Part shown: piece after piece, positions 9,465-20,800 of the stretch
How the letters are laid out: the number at the start of each line of letters is the position of its first letter
Position numbering within the stretch: the first letter of the stretch is position 1
Assembly (NCBI GenBank): GCA_016707005.1
Contig: JADJIQ010000005.1
Coordinates: 460,585-524,584, forward strand
Direction of reading: 5' to 3'
DNA: 64,000 nucleotides
Source of the DNA: Ignavibacteria bacterium
GTDB taxonomy: Bacteria; Bacteroidota; Ignavibacteria; Kapaibacteriales; Kapaibacteriaceae
Notes under the pieces: generated by a model
What the model was told of the DNA's origin: nothing
What the model saw: only the letters and a program-made list of their open reading frames with translations
The model's database searches: none
Translations under genes and position numbers: made by a program

Positions 9465-12320
9465 ATGAATCGAACCCTGACGCTTCTTTGCGCCACCGTA
9501 TTCCTCGTTGTCTCTGCATTGTCACAGACTGACAATCCACATGCACGGCATATGGAGCGCGCTCATCCAACGCCGCTTCGCAACGTGAACTACGATGGTC
9601 TCACGTACATGGTGCCGATGCTCACGGAGAAGGTCTATCCAAGCCTCTTCCTCAACGTGAACATGATCGTTGAAGAGACAGATCCGCTTCCGGCACAGAA
9701 CGAATCGTCCATCGCCGTCAACCCACGCAACCCACGTCAGCTCATTGGTTCGGCTGTAGACTACCGGCTCAGCTCCTCTACATGGGCCTACTACTCAACT
9801 GACGCTGGTGCAACGTGGGAGAATATCACACTCGGCACTGCTCGTATCGGTTGGGCATCAAGCAATGACCCATCTGTGTGTTTTGATCATAACGGCAAGG
9901 GATACCTTGTCTACGGTGGTTTCAAACGCGAAGGCAATGTGCAGTTCGGCGAGAATGGCGTCTTCATCAGCTCCACTACGGATGGTGGAAAGACGTGGGG
10001 CATGAAACACACGGCCGTGATCATACACACCGGTCCACAGACGGCCGACTCAACATTCGAAGACAAGTACTACATCCACGCCGACACAGCTGCTACATCA
10101 CCGTATCGTGGTCACCTCTACATTCCGTGGAAACGTGTTGTCAACCGCGACTCTTCAACACAGATCGTGATCTCGAAAAGCACGGATGAAGGGGCTACAT
10201 GGTCCACCCCCACCTACGTTAGCGATCGGTTCCCGCGTACATCTGAAGACACTACTTTCGGACAAAGTTTTCCTCTTGCACGCACAGGTCCCGATGGTTC
10301 TGTGCACCTTGTTTGGAACAGTGGAACAGAAGACGCGCTTCGATACGCACGATCTGTAGATGGTGGTGCTACATGGTCAGCACCGCGGATCATTCACACC
10401 TACAAGCCCTTTGGTACAAAGAGCACGATCAACGGTCAAACCAACTCCCGTGTAAAAGGTGTTGTGCGAGCGGAGTGTTATCCAACACTAACCATTGACA
10501 ACACCGGCGGCGCTCGCAACGGATGGTTGTATCTGACGTGGGCAGCAGACAACTACCCCAACGTCTACTTCTCGCGTTCAACAGATAATGGTACTACGTG
10601 GTCACCTGCTCGGATCGTGCATAGCGACACCACGAACGACCAATTCTGGTCATGGATCTCTCTCGATCCAACCTCCGGAGAGATCGCCATCATGTATAGT
10701 GACAGTCGCGATGACGTAGACAACATCCTCGTCAACACCTACGTGAGTTGGTCATCAGATGGCGGTACCACCTGGCTTGATCGTCGCATCGGCGATGATG
10801 TGAATGACCTACGTCGCAACCCATTCCAAGGCAACACCTTTGCCGGTGACTATTCCGGCTGCGACTTCTACAACGGCGTTGTCTATCCATCGTGGGTGGA
10901 TATGCGCAATACGTATGTGAACCCTGCCGACAACGATGTCTTCACAGCCATTGTAGATACACGAGCACCAGGAGCCCCTTCCACTTTTGCTGCTACAACC
11001 ATTCCCAACCGTCCAACACAGATCGACCTCACGTGGTCTGCTGTAACATCACTTGCGTATGGTCAGCCCCTTCCCCCCGATGCACGGATCATCATCCGCA
11101 GAGACGGATCACCGATCGATACACTCGGCGTAACGGCTGTAGCAATGACCGATACGGGGCTCATCAAGTACCAACTCTACACCTATACACTTACTGTTGT
11201 TGCAGGGGGCAGATCAAGCACACCACGCGTTGCATCGGCATATGCAGGGGGCTCCAAGGAACTCCAGGCGCCACGATTGGTCTCTGCGGTAGGAAGCACA
11301 AGTCGAGAGACCGAGATCGTTGTTGACCTGCCGAAACTTCGTCTCGACAATGTGACACAGATCATCAACCTCGCTGGGCTTGAGTCTGCGCTGACCGAGC
11401 AAAAGTTCGCAAAAGCACTTGCCGTGACCGACACCGGTACTCGCACAACGCATCTCGTTACGCCGTCAGAGGACGGTTGGTATCGCGTGCAAGAACGAGT
11501 CCTTGATTCAGAAGGCAATACGAGTCCGCTCAGTGACTCACTTTGGATCTACACCGGATCGTTGCAGAGCGATGCGCAGAACTTCACCACAGAACCGCGG
11601 TACCACAAGATCCTCGGCAATTGGGGCAATGCAACCAACTTCTATCGGTCTGCTCCGGCATCGTATGCGCATAGTCCTAGTGGTGCATACCTTCCAAACA
11701 GACGGGACACCGTGCAGATATTTCCGTTTGCCGTTTCGTCGGCCGTGATCCCTGAATATCCAACTCCGGCGCTAACGGTTTCCGTTGCAGCCTTCATTGA
11801 TCCAAGCGACACGATGTTCCTTGAGGTATCAACCAATGGAGAGCGCGGTTCCTACTCAGTGCTTGAATGGTGGAACTCCTCGCGAGATGCGCGCTGGAGC
11901 GATACTACCAAGGGCGAAGACGCATGGCGGACATACACAATGGTTCTGCCATACGAGCAAAAAGACGACACACTTCACTTCCGCCTGCGCTTCCGAAGCA
12001 ACGCATCACGGCAATCAGATGGCTTCTACATGGATGATCTTGCTTTTGACTACATCAACAGCGTCGACGAAGAACAGTCAGCTATCTCCACCATCGCCCC
12101 CATTCCAACCTCGGCATTTGTGAACGTCACCTTGCAGAACGATGCACCCGTCACACGCTGCGTGGTTGTTGATGCCCAAGGCACAACCCACAACGTTTCG
12201 TGGTATCAGTCGGGCCTCTCCCTTATTGCTAACGTTCAGCACCTTCCCCAAGGTGTCTATACTATCGCTATCGATCGTACTTCGTCTACGTCCCACTCCC
12301 CATTCCTCATTCTCCGCTAA
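9465..12320 (+). CDS. Secreted BNR/Asp-box repeat protein (sialidase-like or glycosidase-like) with an FN3-like region and a T9SS CTD.
   Basis: It has a signal peptide and multiple Asp-boxes (STDGGKTW, STDEGATW, SVDGGATW, STDNGTTW, SSDGGTTW). The C-terminus has a CTD pattern (GVYTIAIDR...). Confidence 0.75.
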   Translation: MNRTLTLLCATVFLVVSALSQTDNPHARHMERAHPTPLRNVNYDGLTYMVPMLTEKVYPSLFLNVNMIVEETDPLPAQNESSIAVNPRNPRQLIGSAVDYRLSSSTWAYYSTDAGATWENITLGTARIGWASSNDPSVCFDHNGKGYLVYGGFKREGNVQFGENGVFISSTTDGGKTWGMKHTAVIIHTGPQTADSTFEDKYYIHADTAATSPYRGHLYIPWKRVVNRDSSTQIVISKSTDEGATWSTPTYVSDRFPRTSEDTTFGQSFPLARTGPDGSVHLVWNSGTEDALRYARSVDGGATWSAPRIIHTYKPFGTKSTINGQTNSRVKGVVRAECYPTLTIDNTGGARNGWLYLTWAADNYPNVYFSRSTDNGTTWSPARIVHSDTTNDQFWSWISLDPTSGEIAIMYSDSRDDVDNILVNTYVSWSSDGGTTWLDRRIGDDVNDLRRNPFQGNTFAGDYSGCDFYNGVVYPSWVDMRNTYVNPADNDVFTAIVDTRAPGAPSTFAATTIPNRPTQIDLTWSAVTSLAYGQPLPPDARIIIRRDGSPIDTLGVTAVAMTDTGLIKYQLYTYTLTVVAGGRSSTPRVASAYAGGSKELQAPRLVSAVGSTSRETEIVVDLPKLRLDNVTQIINLAGLESALTEQKFAKALAVTDTGTRTTHLVTPSEDGWYRVQERVLDSEGNTSPLSDSLWIYTGSLQSDAQNFTTEPRYHKILGNWGNATNFYRSAPASYAHSPSGAYLPNRRDTVQIFPFAVSSAVIPEYPTPALTVSVAAFIDPSDTMFLEVSTNGERGSYSVLEWWNSSRDARWSDTTKGEDAWRTYTMVLPYEQKDDTLHFRLRFRSNASRQSDGFYMDDLAFDYINSVDEEQSAISTIAPIPTSAFVNVTLQNDAPVTRCVVVDAQGTTHNVSWYQSGLSLIANVQHLPQGVYTIAIDRTSSTSHSPFLILR

Positions 12321-12366
12321 CCCTATCTAACATTCTAACACTCTAACCCTCTAGCACTCTAACGCA
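12318..12366. repeat. Short tandem octamer array of CTAACNNT units between convergent genes.
   Basis: The sequence reads ctaaccctatctaacattctaacactctaaccctctagcactctaacgc. Confidence 0.6.
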
Positions 12367-12676
12367 CCTTCACCGTCTTAATTGTGTTCGTTTGCTTCCC
12401 ATCAGACACAACAACGAGATACATTCCTTGTGCCCAATCTGCACAGTCGACCACATACTCCTGTCGCCCTTCAATAGGGCGGTATCGTGGAAGAAGGTCA
12501 ACAAGGCGAACACCGCTTGTAGATACAACTTCGAGCTGTTTAACATCTTGTTCTGAACCGCGCATTACTGAAACCGAAACAATGAGTGTTCCGTCAAACG
12601 TTCTAGGCTGTGCATCAACTGCGATACCCGATTGAAATACCGTCATTGCCACGAGTATTTGCGTAATGAACTGCAT
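12359..12676 (-). CDS. Small ORF encoding only a signal-peptide-like N-terminus plus a T9SS C-terminal sorting domain.
   Basis: The C-terminal 60 aa (GVRLVDLLP...AQGMYLVVVSDGKQTNTIKTVKVR) is a textbook CTD. Its ATG overlaps the stop of the upstream 830-aa gene (TAATG). Confidence 0.5.
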   Translation of the reverse strand: MQFITQILVAMTVFQSGIAVDAQPRTFDGTLIVSVSVMRGSEQDVKQLEVVSTSGVRLVDLLPRYRPIEGRQEYVVDCADWAQGMYLVVVSDGKQTNTIKTVKVR

Positions 12677-15129
12677 TATTCTGCTCCATGCACCGAGATG
12701 AACGTTTCTCCTGTTCGTGAATTCGTAAGTAGGTAGATCCCTTGCATAGATGATTCTGGCGACACAACACTTCTACCGAGAACATCGTACATGGCAATGA
12801 CGTTCTGATGCCACATTGAGAGGGCCTGATTCCACGGAATACAACGCAATACTACTTTGTTCAGCAACTCACTACTCTCGTTAACCGATGTTGAGTTTGA
12901 TGATCGGAAGCACCCAGTAGTTGTATTCAAATACAAGATATCATTAGAGCCATTGTAGGTCATGCTTATGACTTCTCCAAGTGGCTGGGCAGAAGTAGGC
13001 TGAAAGTCTCGCCATGTGCTACCTAGGTCGTCGGAAGCGATGATGCCGGTAGGCATGGCGAGTAAAACTGTAGAGTCTGACAATACAACTCCATCCCCTC
13101 CCGTGAATGTTAGTCCTCTCGACAAGGACTGTCGATGGGTTTCATTCCAGTCGTTCCCATCTATGTCGAACACAGTGACAGCTGCATCGTCAATAGTGTG
13201 ATTCACTGATTCAGGGTCAAGAGGGGTTGGTATGAAGGACGTATCACGAATAACACGAGAAGAAAGAGTCGCGATCTTTCCGTTCGGTAAGGCTACCGAA
13301 GTGACGAAGTAGGACAAGTCCCTAACTTCTTTGCGTAAACGCCATGTGCTTCCATTGTCTGAGCTTGCAAGAACGTATCCACTTAACACAATCTTGGCTT
13401 CAAGAGTCTCAGCATCGCGTACATTAAGTCCAGATACAAATGCTACCAGCCTTCCATTGCCCGCATTAATAAGAGACGAAACGTACCTCGATTCTGCCCG
13501 CTCATTGATTGGCAGAAGATCTCCAAGACTAAAGGATGAGGTTAGTGTCCGTCCTTCAATTCTCGATATGCCACCCTTTACACCAAAGACGATTGATCCG
13601 TCGTCACTAACAACCACTGACGACGTTGTGTCTTGGAAGAGAGTATCATACTGTAGCTCCATTGGCTCGATCATACGAAGTTTCGTTCCTGGAGTCAGAA
13701 TCTTGCTGCCGAACGCTACCATTTGCCTAAAGCCAAGCGCAGTGTAGTCATATGGGCCATTAGTAGTTTTATCACGAACAAACCCGCTGACAGATCGGTC
13801 CTCCAACAAGCCCACACCATTAACAGATCGAAGCAAACAATCTGTTACCAACTTACAATGCACAACTCCATCTTCAGTGACAACAGAATTCAGGATCTGT
13901 TCTGGACCGAGCACATCAACGTCGTTTAACAATGAAGCTACACTCACATATCCGAATGGGTTAGCTAATACCAGACACCTACTCATTATTAAAAGTATAT
14001 TCTGCGGAGCAAGCCTCCGCACATCGGTAACGTGCGGATACATAAGTTGAGAGGAATCCGCAATTCGAATCATTGGAGAGCTCGCTGGATCGATCTCTAC
14101 TATACTATTACCCCAACGGCTATTGGATGAGGGCTTCAAGACCTGAGATTCTGCCACGTCAGATGGAGTGTAAGTGATATCTGGTGCACTTCCATACTCC
14201 ATCGGTGTCATACTTGGTCCGAACTCACCCCCTGCAATCCATCGATGAAAACTAGCCGGGCTCGTAGTTGAGTTCCTCATAAAAACGATGCCATTGCCAG
14301 ATGAAATGATTCTCATGCGGGAACGATTAAACTCATGTTGAACACCATCAATAGCAACACTTGTCTTGCACGAAACAGATCCTTCTGCCAATGATCCGAA
14401 ACATAAGGTATCCGGTTCTTGCCCCTTTCCATTCTTCATCACTAATATGGATTCCATACCCAATAGTGCGATCGAATGAACACTGCCACTACCTGCATCT
14501 AGGTATGGGGCGTTGTAGACCTGTCCATTTCTGACGATCAGAAAGTCGCGCAATGCTTGGTTGCTCAATAGTATTGCACTTCGCAAGGATCGGTTACGAT
14601 CACCGTAACCGTTCATCTCTATCCAATTGTCACCACAGTCTGTTGATATAAAGCTAATGGGCATTGTTGTATCTGGCGCTTCTTTGTGACGGCCGTACGC
14701 ATACATAAGTCCCGCGCCATGCAGTACAACTTCAGTGATTACATACGGAGTATTCCGAATCTGTGTATGTACTGTGCCCGCTCCCGTACGTGGGATAATG
14801 ACGTATCGCCGCGCATCAAAGCCCTCTTGAACGACAACAACGGAACCATCTTGGCAATCGGACGGCTTGTTTTTTTCGAAAGCAGGATCATTTACAATGC
14901 CATTAACCATTGAAAGCCTGAGGTGTGTTGCGTCAAGCCTCATTGGGGCGAGACGTTGCACAATCAACGGTATGTTATCATCAAACTGCGATGGCATTAA
15001 CTCAACGGCTGTTCCCGTACCAACAATCATTCGTTGCTGGTAATGCACTTGAAAGTCAATTTGACTTACTACCGCCGTGTTGCCTATTGAGAGACAAGCA
15101 AGCACAGCGAGCGTCAGCCCGATGTTCAT
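12676..15129 (-). CDS. Secreted BNR/Asp-box beta-propeller protein with its own CTD-like C-terminus.
   Basis: It has a signal peptide (MNIGLTLAVLACLSIG) and Asp-boxes (SSDNGSTW, SDDLGSTW, STDCGDNW). The tail is CTD-like (NVIAMYDVLGRSVV...QGIYLL). Alternative starts lie at 15156, 15159 and 15168. Confidence 0.7.
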   Translation of the reverse strand: MNIGLTLAVLACLSIGNTAVVSQIDFQVHYQQRMIVGTGTAVELMPSQFDDNIPLIVQRLAPMRLDATHLRLSMVNGIVNDPAFEKNKPSDCQDGSVVVVQEGFDARRYVIIPRTGAGTVHTQIRNTPYVITEVVLHGAGLMYAYGRHKEAPDTTMPISFISTDCGDNWIEMNGYGDRNRSLRSAILLSNQALRDFLIVRNGQVYNAPYLDAGSGSVHSIALLGMESILVMKNGKGQEPDTLCFGSLAEGSVSCKTSVAIDGVQHEFNRSRMRIISSGNGIVFMRNSTTSPASFHRWIAGGEFGPSMTPMEYGSAPDITYTPSDVAESQVLKPSSNSRWGNSIVEIDPASSPMIRIADSSQLMYPHVTDVRRLAPQNILLIMSRCLVLANPFGYVSVASLLNDVDVLGPEQILNSVVTEDGVVHCKLVTDCLLRSVNGVGLLEDRSVSGFVRDKTTNGPYDYTALGFRQMVAFGSKILTPGTKLRMIEPMELQYDTLFQDTTSSVVVSDDGSIVFGVKGGISRIEGRTLTSSFSLGDLLPINERAESRYVSSLINAGNGRLVAFVSGLNVRDAETLEAKIVLSGYVLASSDNGSTWRLRKEVRDLSYFVTSVALPNGKIATLSSRVIRDTSFIPTPLDPESVNHTIDDAAVTVFDIDGNDWNETHRQSLSRGLTFTGGDGVVLSDSTVLLAMPTGIIASDDLGSTWRDFQPTSAQPLGEVISMTYNGSNDILYLNTTTGCFRSSNSTSVNESSELLNKVVLRCIPWNQALSMWHQNVIAMYDVLGRSVVSPESSMQGIYLLTNSRTGETFISVHGAE

Positions 15130-15155
15130 CGGGCTGACGCAAGCTTTTAGGCACA

Positions 15156-15875
15156 TCATGGTGCACAATCCGGATCTGTGTTACAACATTCAAGCCTCCT
15201 CGGGCAACTTTCAATAAGGAAGCATGGCTCGTAGCAGGATGAGTTAGAATAATCACATTCATTATAATCTGAAACAAAGCAACAGCCATTCGCAGCCCTC
15301 TCCCAGCCAGTCTCAATAATACAACAGCCATCGCCGCACCTCTCAATGCAATTGGTGGTGCTATTGAAACTCACACATTTGGGGAAGATCACACTCCAGC
15401 AGTAAATCGATCCCGTTGCCAATGGCACGTTTGCACCTAGGTAGCCAGGATTCTTACACGGATCAAACCTGCACAGAATTGCCTCAAACACTAGCTTGAC
15501 GTCCAAAGGGGAGGGAGGTGGATCTATAAAACACACCTTTGTGATGTGTGTGTATTGATTCATTTGCAGGTTGGAACAGAGACCAGGTAGCAATTGACCA
15601 ATTCCAGGCCTTGTTAGACAACCAAAAATCTCAATCTCATAATCACGGCCATCAATGCAGATCGTCAACTGACCCATTGAGGCAGGTTCATCACAATCAC
15701 AGGCACTTGTCATCGGAGATTCTACGGCAGATCTGATCCCTAGCCCAACTACACTTAATGCGCCTGGTTGGCTATGCCATGCGGCGGGGGGGGTAATAGA
15801 ATACGCCGTCATTATGCACGACGTAGCAATGAATACGGCCAGAGTAGCTCTGGCTATTACATGAAACCCTTTCAT
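15156..15875 (-). CDS. Cysteine-rich secreted hypothetical protein, about 240 aa with 30 or more Cys.
   Basis: It has a signal peptide (MKGFHVIARATLAVFIATSC) and dense CxC, CC and CxxC spacing. A GGAGG-like SD and a TAnnTTTG-type promoter lie upstream. Confidence 0.55.
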   Translation of the reverse strand: MKGFHVIARATLAVFIATSCIMTAYSITPPAAWHSQPGALSVVGLGIRSAVESPMTSACDCDEPASMGQLTICIDGRDYEIEIFGCLTRPGIGQLLPGLCSNLQMNQYTHITKVCFIDPPPSPLDVKLVFEAILCRFDPCKNPGYLGANVPLATGSIYCWSVIFPKCVSFNSTTNCIERCGDGCCIIETGWERAANGCCFVSDYNECDYSNSSCYEPCFLIESCPRRLECCNTDPDCAP

Positions 15876-15987
15876 GGGTCCCTCCTCAATAAAGTAGAAA
15901 ATGTATAAACCGCGTTCAGCGGCATCTATCAATAAATTTCTAGGGTAGGCAAATACAAAATAGAAAAAACTCGATTCCATCAAACAC

Positions 15988-17058
15988 CTAATTCTCCAAC
16001 ACAAACGATATCTCCGTCCCCCTGCCCACCCCGCTGTCTACTGCTATCGGCGCATGATGCGCTTCGAGAATATGCTTCACGATCGCTAGACCCAGACCGG
16101 TGCCGCCAACGGCTCGCGAGCGGTCTTTGTCAACGCGGTAGAACCGCTCAAAGATGCGTGGGAGTGACTCTTCGGGAATGCCGATGCCTGTGTCCCGAAC
16201 GCTTATCCGCAGGGTAGTGTCAACATGTTTTGTGCTCACGTAGACATCTCCACCATCAACATTGTATTTGATGGCATTCTCAAGGAGATTGGTCATCACC
16301 TGCGTGAGACGTTCTTTATCGCCGTACACCGTTGAGTTCTCTGCGATGTCACAGTGCACGGTAACGTTGCGCTGCGCAGCGCGGATCTCCGTAGTGTGAA
16401 CGATGTCGCGCAGGAGTTCTCCGATATCGAAATAGCGGAAGGAGAACTTGAGCTCACCGCTCTCGATCCGAGAGATATCGATAAGGTCGCTCAACAGAGC
16501 ATTGAGACGGAGAGCATTGTTGTAGGCTTTTTCGAGGAACTGCAGCGACACCTGCGGATCGTCCATTGCACCATCGAGCAACGTCTCCAGATATCCCTGC
16601 ACACTGAAGATCGGAGTGCGGAGTTCGTGAGAAACGTTGGCAACGAATTCCGAGCGGACGCGTTCGAGTCGACGCATTTCGTCGATGTCCTTCGCTGCCT
16701 TGTGTGCAAGTCTGTTGATCGCATCAGCAACACGGACAACATCAAGCAATGCGTTCTTGCCGAGTTCGATCCTACCGCTCACGGCACCGTCAGTGATGGC
16801 ATGTGTGATCTCGATGATCCGATCAAGGGGCTCAACGATCCTTGTACGTTGGGACCGCAGGAAGATCCAGACACATGCCGCGCCCCCTCCCGAAACAAGG
16901 AGAATGAAGAGGAGGATCCGAGGTGCACCGATGCCGGAAACGTCTGTTCCGGTAATTGCCAATACCACAAGAGCTGCGAGGTTCACGCCGACCAATGAAA
17001 GGGTCAGCCAGAACATCGAAAACCGAGTTATCGTGGGTCTAATTGACGTTGGCGCCAT
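15988..17058 (-). CDS. Sensor histidine kinase with 2 TM helices and HisKA/HATPase domains.
   Basis: The H-box SHELRTP, N-box NLLENAIKY, DTGIGIP and GGTGLGLAIVK motifs are present. Confidence 0.85.
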   Translation of the reverse strand: MAPTSIRPTITRFSMFWLTLSLVGVNLAALVVLAITGTDVSGIGAPRILLFILLVSGGGAACVWIFLRSQRTRIVEPLDRIIEITHAITDGAVSGRIELGKNALLDVVRVADAINRLAHKAAKDIDEMRRLERVRSEFVANVSHELRTPIFSVQGYLETLLDGAMDDPQVSLQFLEKAYNNALRLNALLSDLIDISRIESGELKFSFRYFDIGELLRDIVHTTEIRAAQRNVTVHCDIAENSTVYGDKERLTQVMTNLLENAIKYNVDGGDVYVSTKHVDTTLRISVRDTGIGIPEESLPRIFERFYRVDKDRSRAVGGTGLGLAIVKHILEAHHAPIAVDSGVGRGTEISFVLEN

Positions 17059-17067
17059 GAGCGCAAG

Positions 17068-17769
17068 TTAGACCTGTTCGGAGAAACGGTAGCCAACACC
17101 TTTTACCGTTTCTATCCAGGCACCGTAGGTCCCCAACTTCTCGCGCACCTTGCTGACGTGCACGTCCACGGTACGGTCGATCACATAGACGCTCTCGCCC
17201 CAGATGCGACGCAGGAGCGCCTCGCGGGAGAACACCTTACCACGGTTCGACGCAAGGAAGGCGAGCAGTTCGAATTCCTTCTTTGGGAAGAAGATCTCCT
17301 TGCCGTCCACTCGCACCGTGTAGTTCTGACGGTTCACTTCCAGAGCACCCAGACGCAGGATCTCAGGGGCAGCAATGGTTTCGGTCCGGATCTTCTCTTG
17401 GCCGCGACGGATGATCGTTTTTACTCGGGCAAGCAAGACGCGGGGAGAGATCGGTTTCTGAATGTAATCGTCGGCGCCAAGCTCAAGTCCGAGGATCTGA
17501 TCGATCTCACTTGACTTGGCGGTCAGAAACATGATAGCCGTTGTTGACAGCGAGGTATCCTGACGAAGGCTGCGGCAGACTTCAAAGCCGTCCATACCCG
17601 GCATCATGATGTCTAGGATGACCAGATCCGGACGTACGGTGGTAGCCACTTCAACTGCCTGGGTGCCATTGGAGGCCGTAAAGACCTTATAGCCCTCCTT
17701 GCTGAGGTTGTACGAGATCAGGTCCACGATGTCCTGCTCGTCGTCCACTACCAAGATCTTCTTTTCCAT
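17068..17769 (-). CDS. OmpR/PhoB-family response regulator.
   Basis: The receiver domain (VVDDEQDIVDL...D) is followed by a winged-helix C-terminus. It sits directly upstream of the kinase. Confidence 0.9.
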   Translation of the reverse strand: MEKKILVVDDEQDIVDLISYNLSKEGYKVFTASNGTQAVEVATTVRPDLVILDIMMPGMDGFEVCRSLRQDTSLSTTAIMFLTAKSSEIDQILGLELGADDYIQKPISPRVLLARVKTIIRRGQEKIRTETIAAPEILRLGALEVNRQNYTVRVDGKEIFFPKKEFELLAFLASNRGKVFSREALLRRIWGESVYVIDRTVDVHVSKVREKLGTYGAWIETVKGVGYRFSEQV

Positions 17770-17872
17770 GGAACAAACTTACCCCCTCAAAGCTTTACAG
17801 GAAGGTTAAAATCAGGTAACGTCACGGGGTAGTGCGAGGGCGAACCTTCACTATCTTTCACGTGGACCCTCT

Positions 17873-20800
17873 ATGTCCAAGCAACCACGATACGGCTCCG
17901 GGGGGAGATCGCGCGTCGGCAGCACCCTTGTGTACGCCGCGGTGGCATTGGTCTGTGTTCTTCTTCCGTCGATCACGGTAATTGCTCAGCCCCTTTCAAC
18001 GATGAATTGGTACTTCGGTCAAAGGGCCGGAGTCACGTTTCGCAATGGATCCATCGAGGCCGTTGCGGACGGTCAGCTCAACACGAGCGAAGGGTGCGCA
18101 ACATATTCCGACCCACTTACCGGTGAGCTTCTCTTCTACACAGACGGAGTGATGGTTTGGAATCGGATCCACGAGATCATGCCAAATGGTATGGGGCTTG
18201 CCGGCGATCCGTCAACCAGTCAAAGTGCATTGATCGTCCCGGCACCCGGACGTCCTAATATCTACTACGTCTTCAATGCTGCTCCGGTAACATCATCCAA
18301 TGTTGGAACGCGCTGTCTTTGCCTGTACTACAGCATCATCGACATGCGAGCCGATGCCGGGTTCGGAGATGTTGTGAAGAAGAACGAGGTCGCACTCAAC
18401 GATATCACAGAACATCTCACGGCAACGGCAGATTGTAATGGAGATGGATGGTGGATCGTTGTTCGAAGCAGATCAACGAGACATTTCTACAGTCTGCATC
18501 TCACAAGAGATCAACTCGCACCTACTCCTGTTGTTTCAGATGCAAGCAACCCAACGTTGATCGTACGAGAAGCGGGTCAGATGCACATCTCGCCCGACAG
18601 CCGACAGCTCGTGATCACATCCGCTACAGGCAACTCGCAGTTGTATGACTTTGATGCGCAGACAGGAAAGGTCACCAACGGCATCAATCTCTTCAAGACA
18701 GAGATCTTTGGCTCACACTACGGAGCAGCATTCTCTCCCGACAGCAAGAAGGTCTACATCTCTGTAGCGAATGAGGGTCCGATAACTCCCACGCGCGTCT
18801 ACCAGTTTTCGATCGGCGTGAAGGATGCCTCTACCATCACGGCTTCGAAGTTTCTTCTTGGCGAGATCTCCGGTACCTATACCTGGACGCCAATGCAGCT
18901 TGCCCTTGATGGACGTGTCTACATCGGCATATCCGGTAAGCCCTGGCTGGCACTGATCGATGCACCAAACTCAGACAGTTCGTTGGCAGCGCTTCAAGAC
19001 ACAGCGATACGGTTGTCCGGCGTATGCAGATCCGGGTTACCAAATATCATCGGTTCAACGTTGATCGACCCGGCACTTCGGCTAACGGCGTGTAGCCTTC
19101 CTCGTGCAAGCTTTGACTACCCTGCCGACATCTGTGAAAAAACGTGCATTTCGATCCGTGATGCCAGCACCGGTTCTATCGATTCGTGGCAATGGTACTT
19201 TGAAGGGGGCTCCCCTTCTTCATCCATCGAGCGCAATCCGCAACGGATCTGTTACGAGAGTTCAGGTGTGTATTCTATCCGGCTCATCGTATCAAACGGA
19301 TATGGCTCGGATACGGCCTACAGTTATGTGACTGTGATGCCTAGACCTAGCGTCAGCATCGATAGTGTTGCAGAGATCTGCCCCGGTACACCTATTCAGC
19401 TGCGGGCATACGGTGCCGATTCCTACGTATGGTCACCGGCCAATCAGGTCAGCGACCCGCTTCGTTCCGATCCCGTCGTTCGTCCGCGGTCAACGACACG
19501 ATACACCGTGATCGGCACAAACTCGTATGGATGTAAGGACACAACAACCATCCTTGTTCGCGTAACGGATATGTCTGCAGGATCCGATGTCTCCATCTGT
19601 GTTGGCGCATCGGCACAGCTCACCGCACAAGGAGCTGAGTCGTATTCATGGTCACCCATAGACGGCTTATCCGATCCGCTATCTGCCGAGCCGATTGCCT
19701 CGCCGGACCGCACAACCTCGTATGTGGTTACTATGCAACGCGGACAGTGCATCGTTCGCGATACCGTTGTTGTAACGGTCGTTGACTCCTTCAACGTCAA
19801 GATCGTTGGCCCGGACAGAACCTGTATCGGGGATACCTTGATACTCTCGCCCTCCGTTGGTACATCGCACGTTTGGTCGGGCAATGGCGTTATCGACCCT
19901 ACATCGACCGTTGCTCGTGTTGTAATGGGCAACTCTCCTACCATGATCCGTTTGATCGCACGAAGTGGAGATTGCCTTGCGTATGACTCACTTATGGTAC
20001 AACCGGTGTTCGGTCCACCGATCGAACTTGGACCGGACGTGCGTGTCTGTCAGGGTGAATCAACCGTTCTAACGGCACAAACGGCGGCCACAGATGTTGT
20101 CTGGTCTCCGTCGGACGGCCTCGACCGCACTCTTGGCAACACGGTGATCTGCCTGCCATCCGCTACAACACGGTACATCGCTTCGGCAAGGGGCGATTCC
20201 GGATGTGTGAACTTCGATACGATCACCGTGGTAGTACTGCCTCGTCCAGATGCCCACGCCGGTGCTGATACATCGATCTGTGCCGGAAGCTCTGTACAAC
20301 TCAACGCATCAGGTACTGCCGATCGATTTGAGTGGTCTCCTACCATTGGACTCGATGATCCTACAGCATTGCGGCCAATTGCCTCCCCAGTACAAACAAC
20401 AACGTATGTCCTTCGTGCGTTGACCGGCACCTGTGAAAGCTTCGATACCGTAACGGTCTTCGTCTCAACACTCAACGTTGGCATCTCTGCCGATACGGTG
20501 ATATGCAAGGGTGAAGCAACAATGCTTCGTGCGTCCGGTGCATCAACCTATCAATGGACTCCACCCGCCGGACTCAGCGATCCGAACAGTGATACGCCCC
20601 TTGCCAGCCCTCAAACAACAACCACCTACACCGTCCGCGGGATCGATCAGTTGGGATGTGAACAAACCCGTTCTGTTACGGTCAGGGTCCGGGACACGGC
20701 ATCCATCAGACTCATCGCCGGCAGTGTAACAGCAGCAGCCGGTTCTGAAGATGTTGGCATTCCTGTGTTCGTTGAGGTGCCGGCTTCGTTGTTGCCACTC

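Noticed and set aside
16354-17071. Plus-strand ORFs (214 and 144 aa) within the histidine kinase region.
   Set aside because: They are antisense to a kinase with clear H, N and G boxes.
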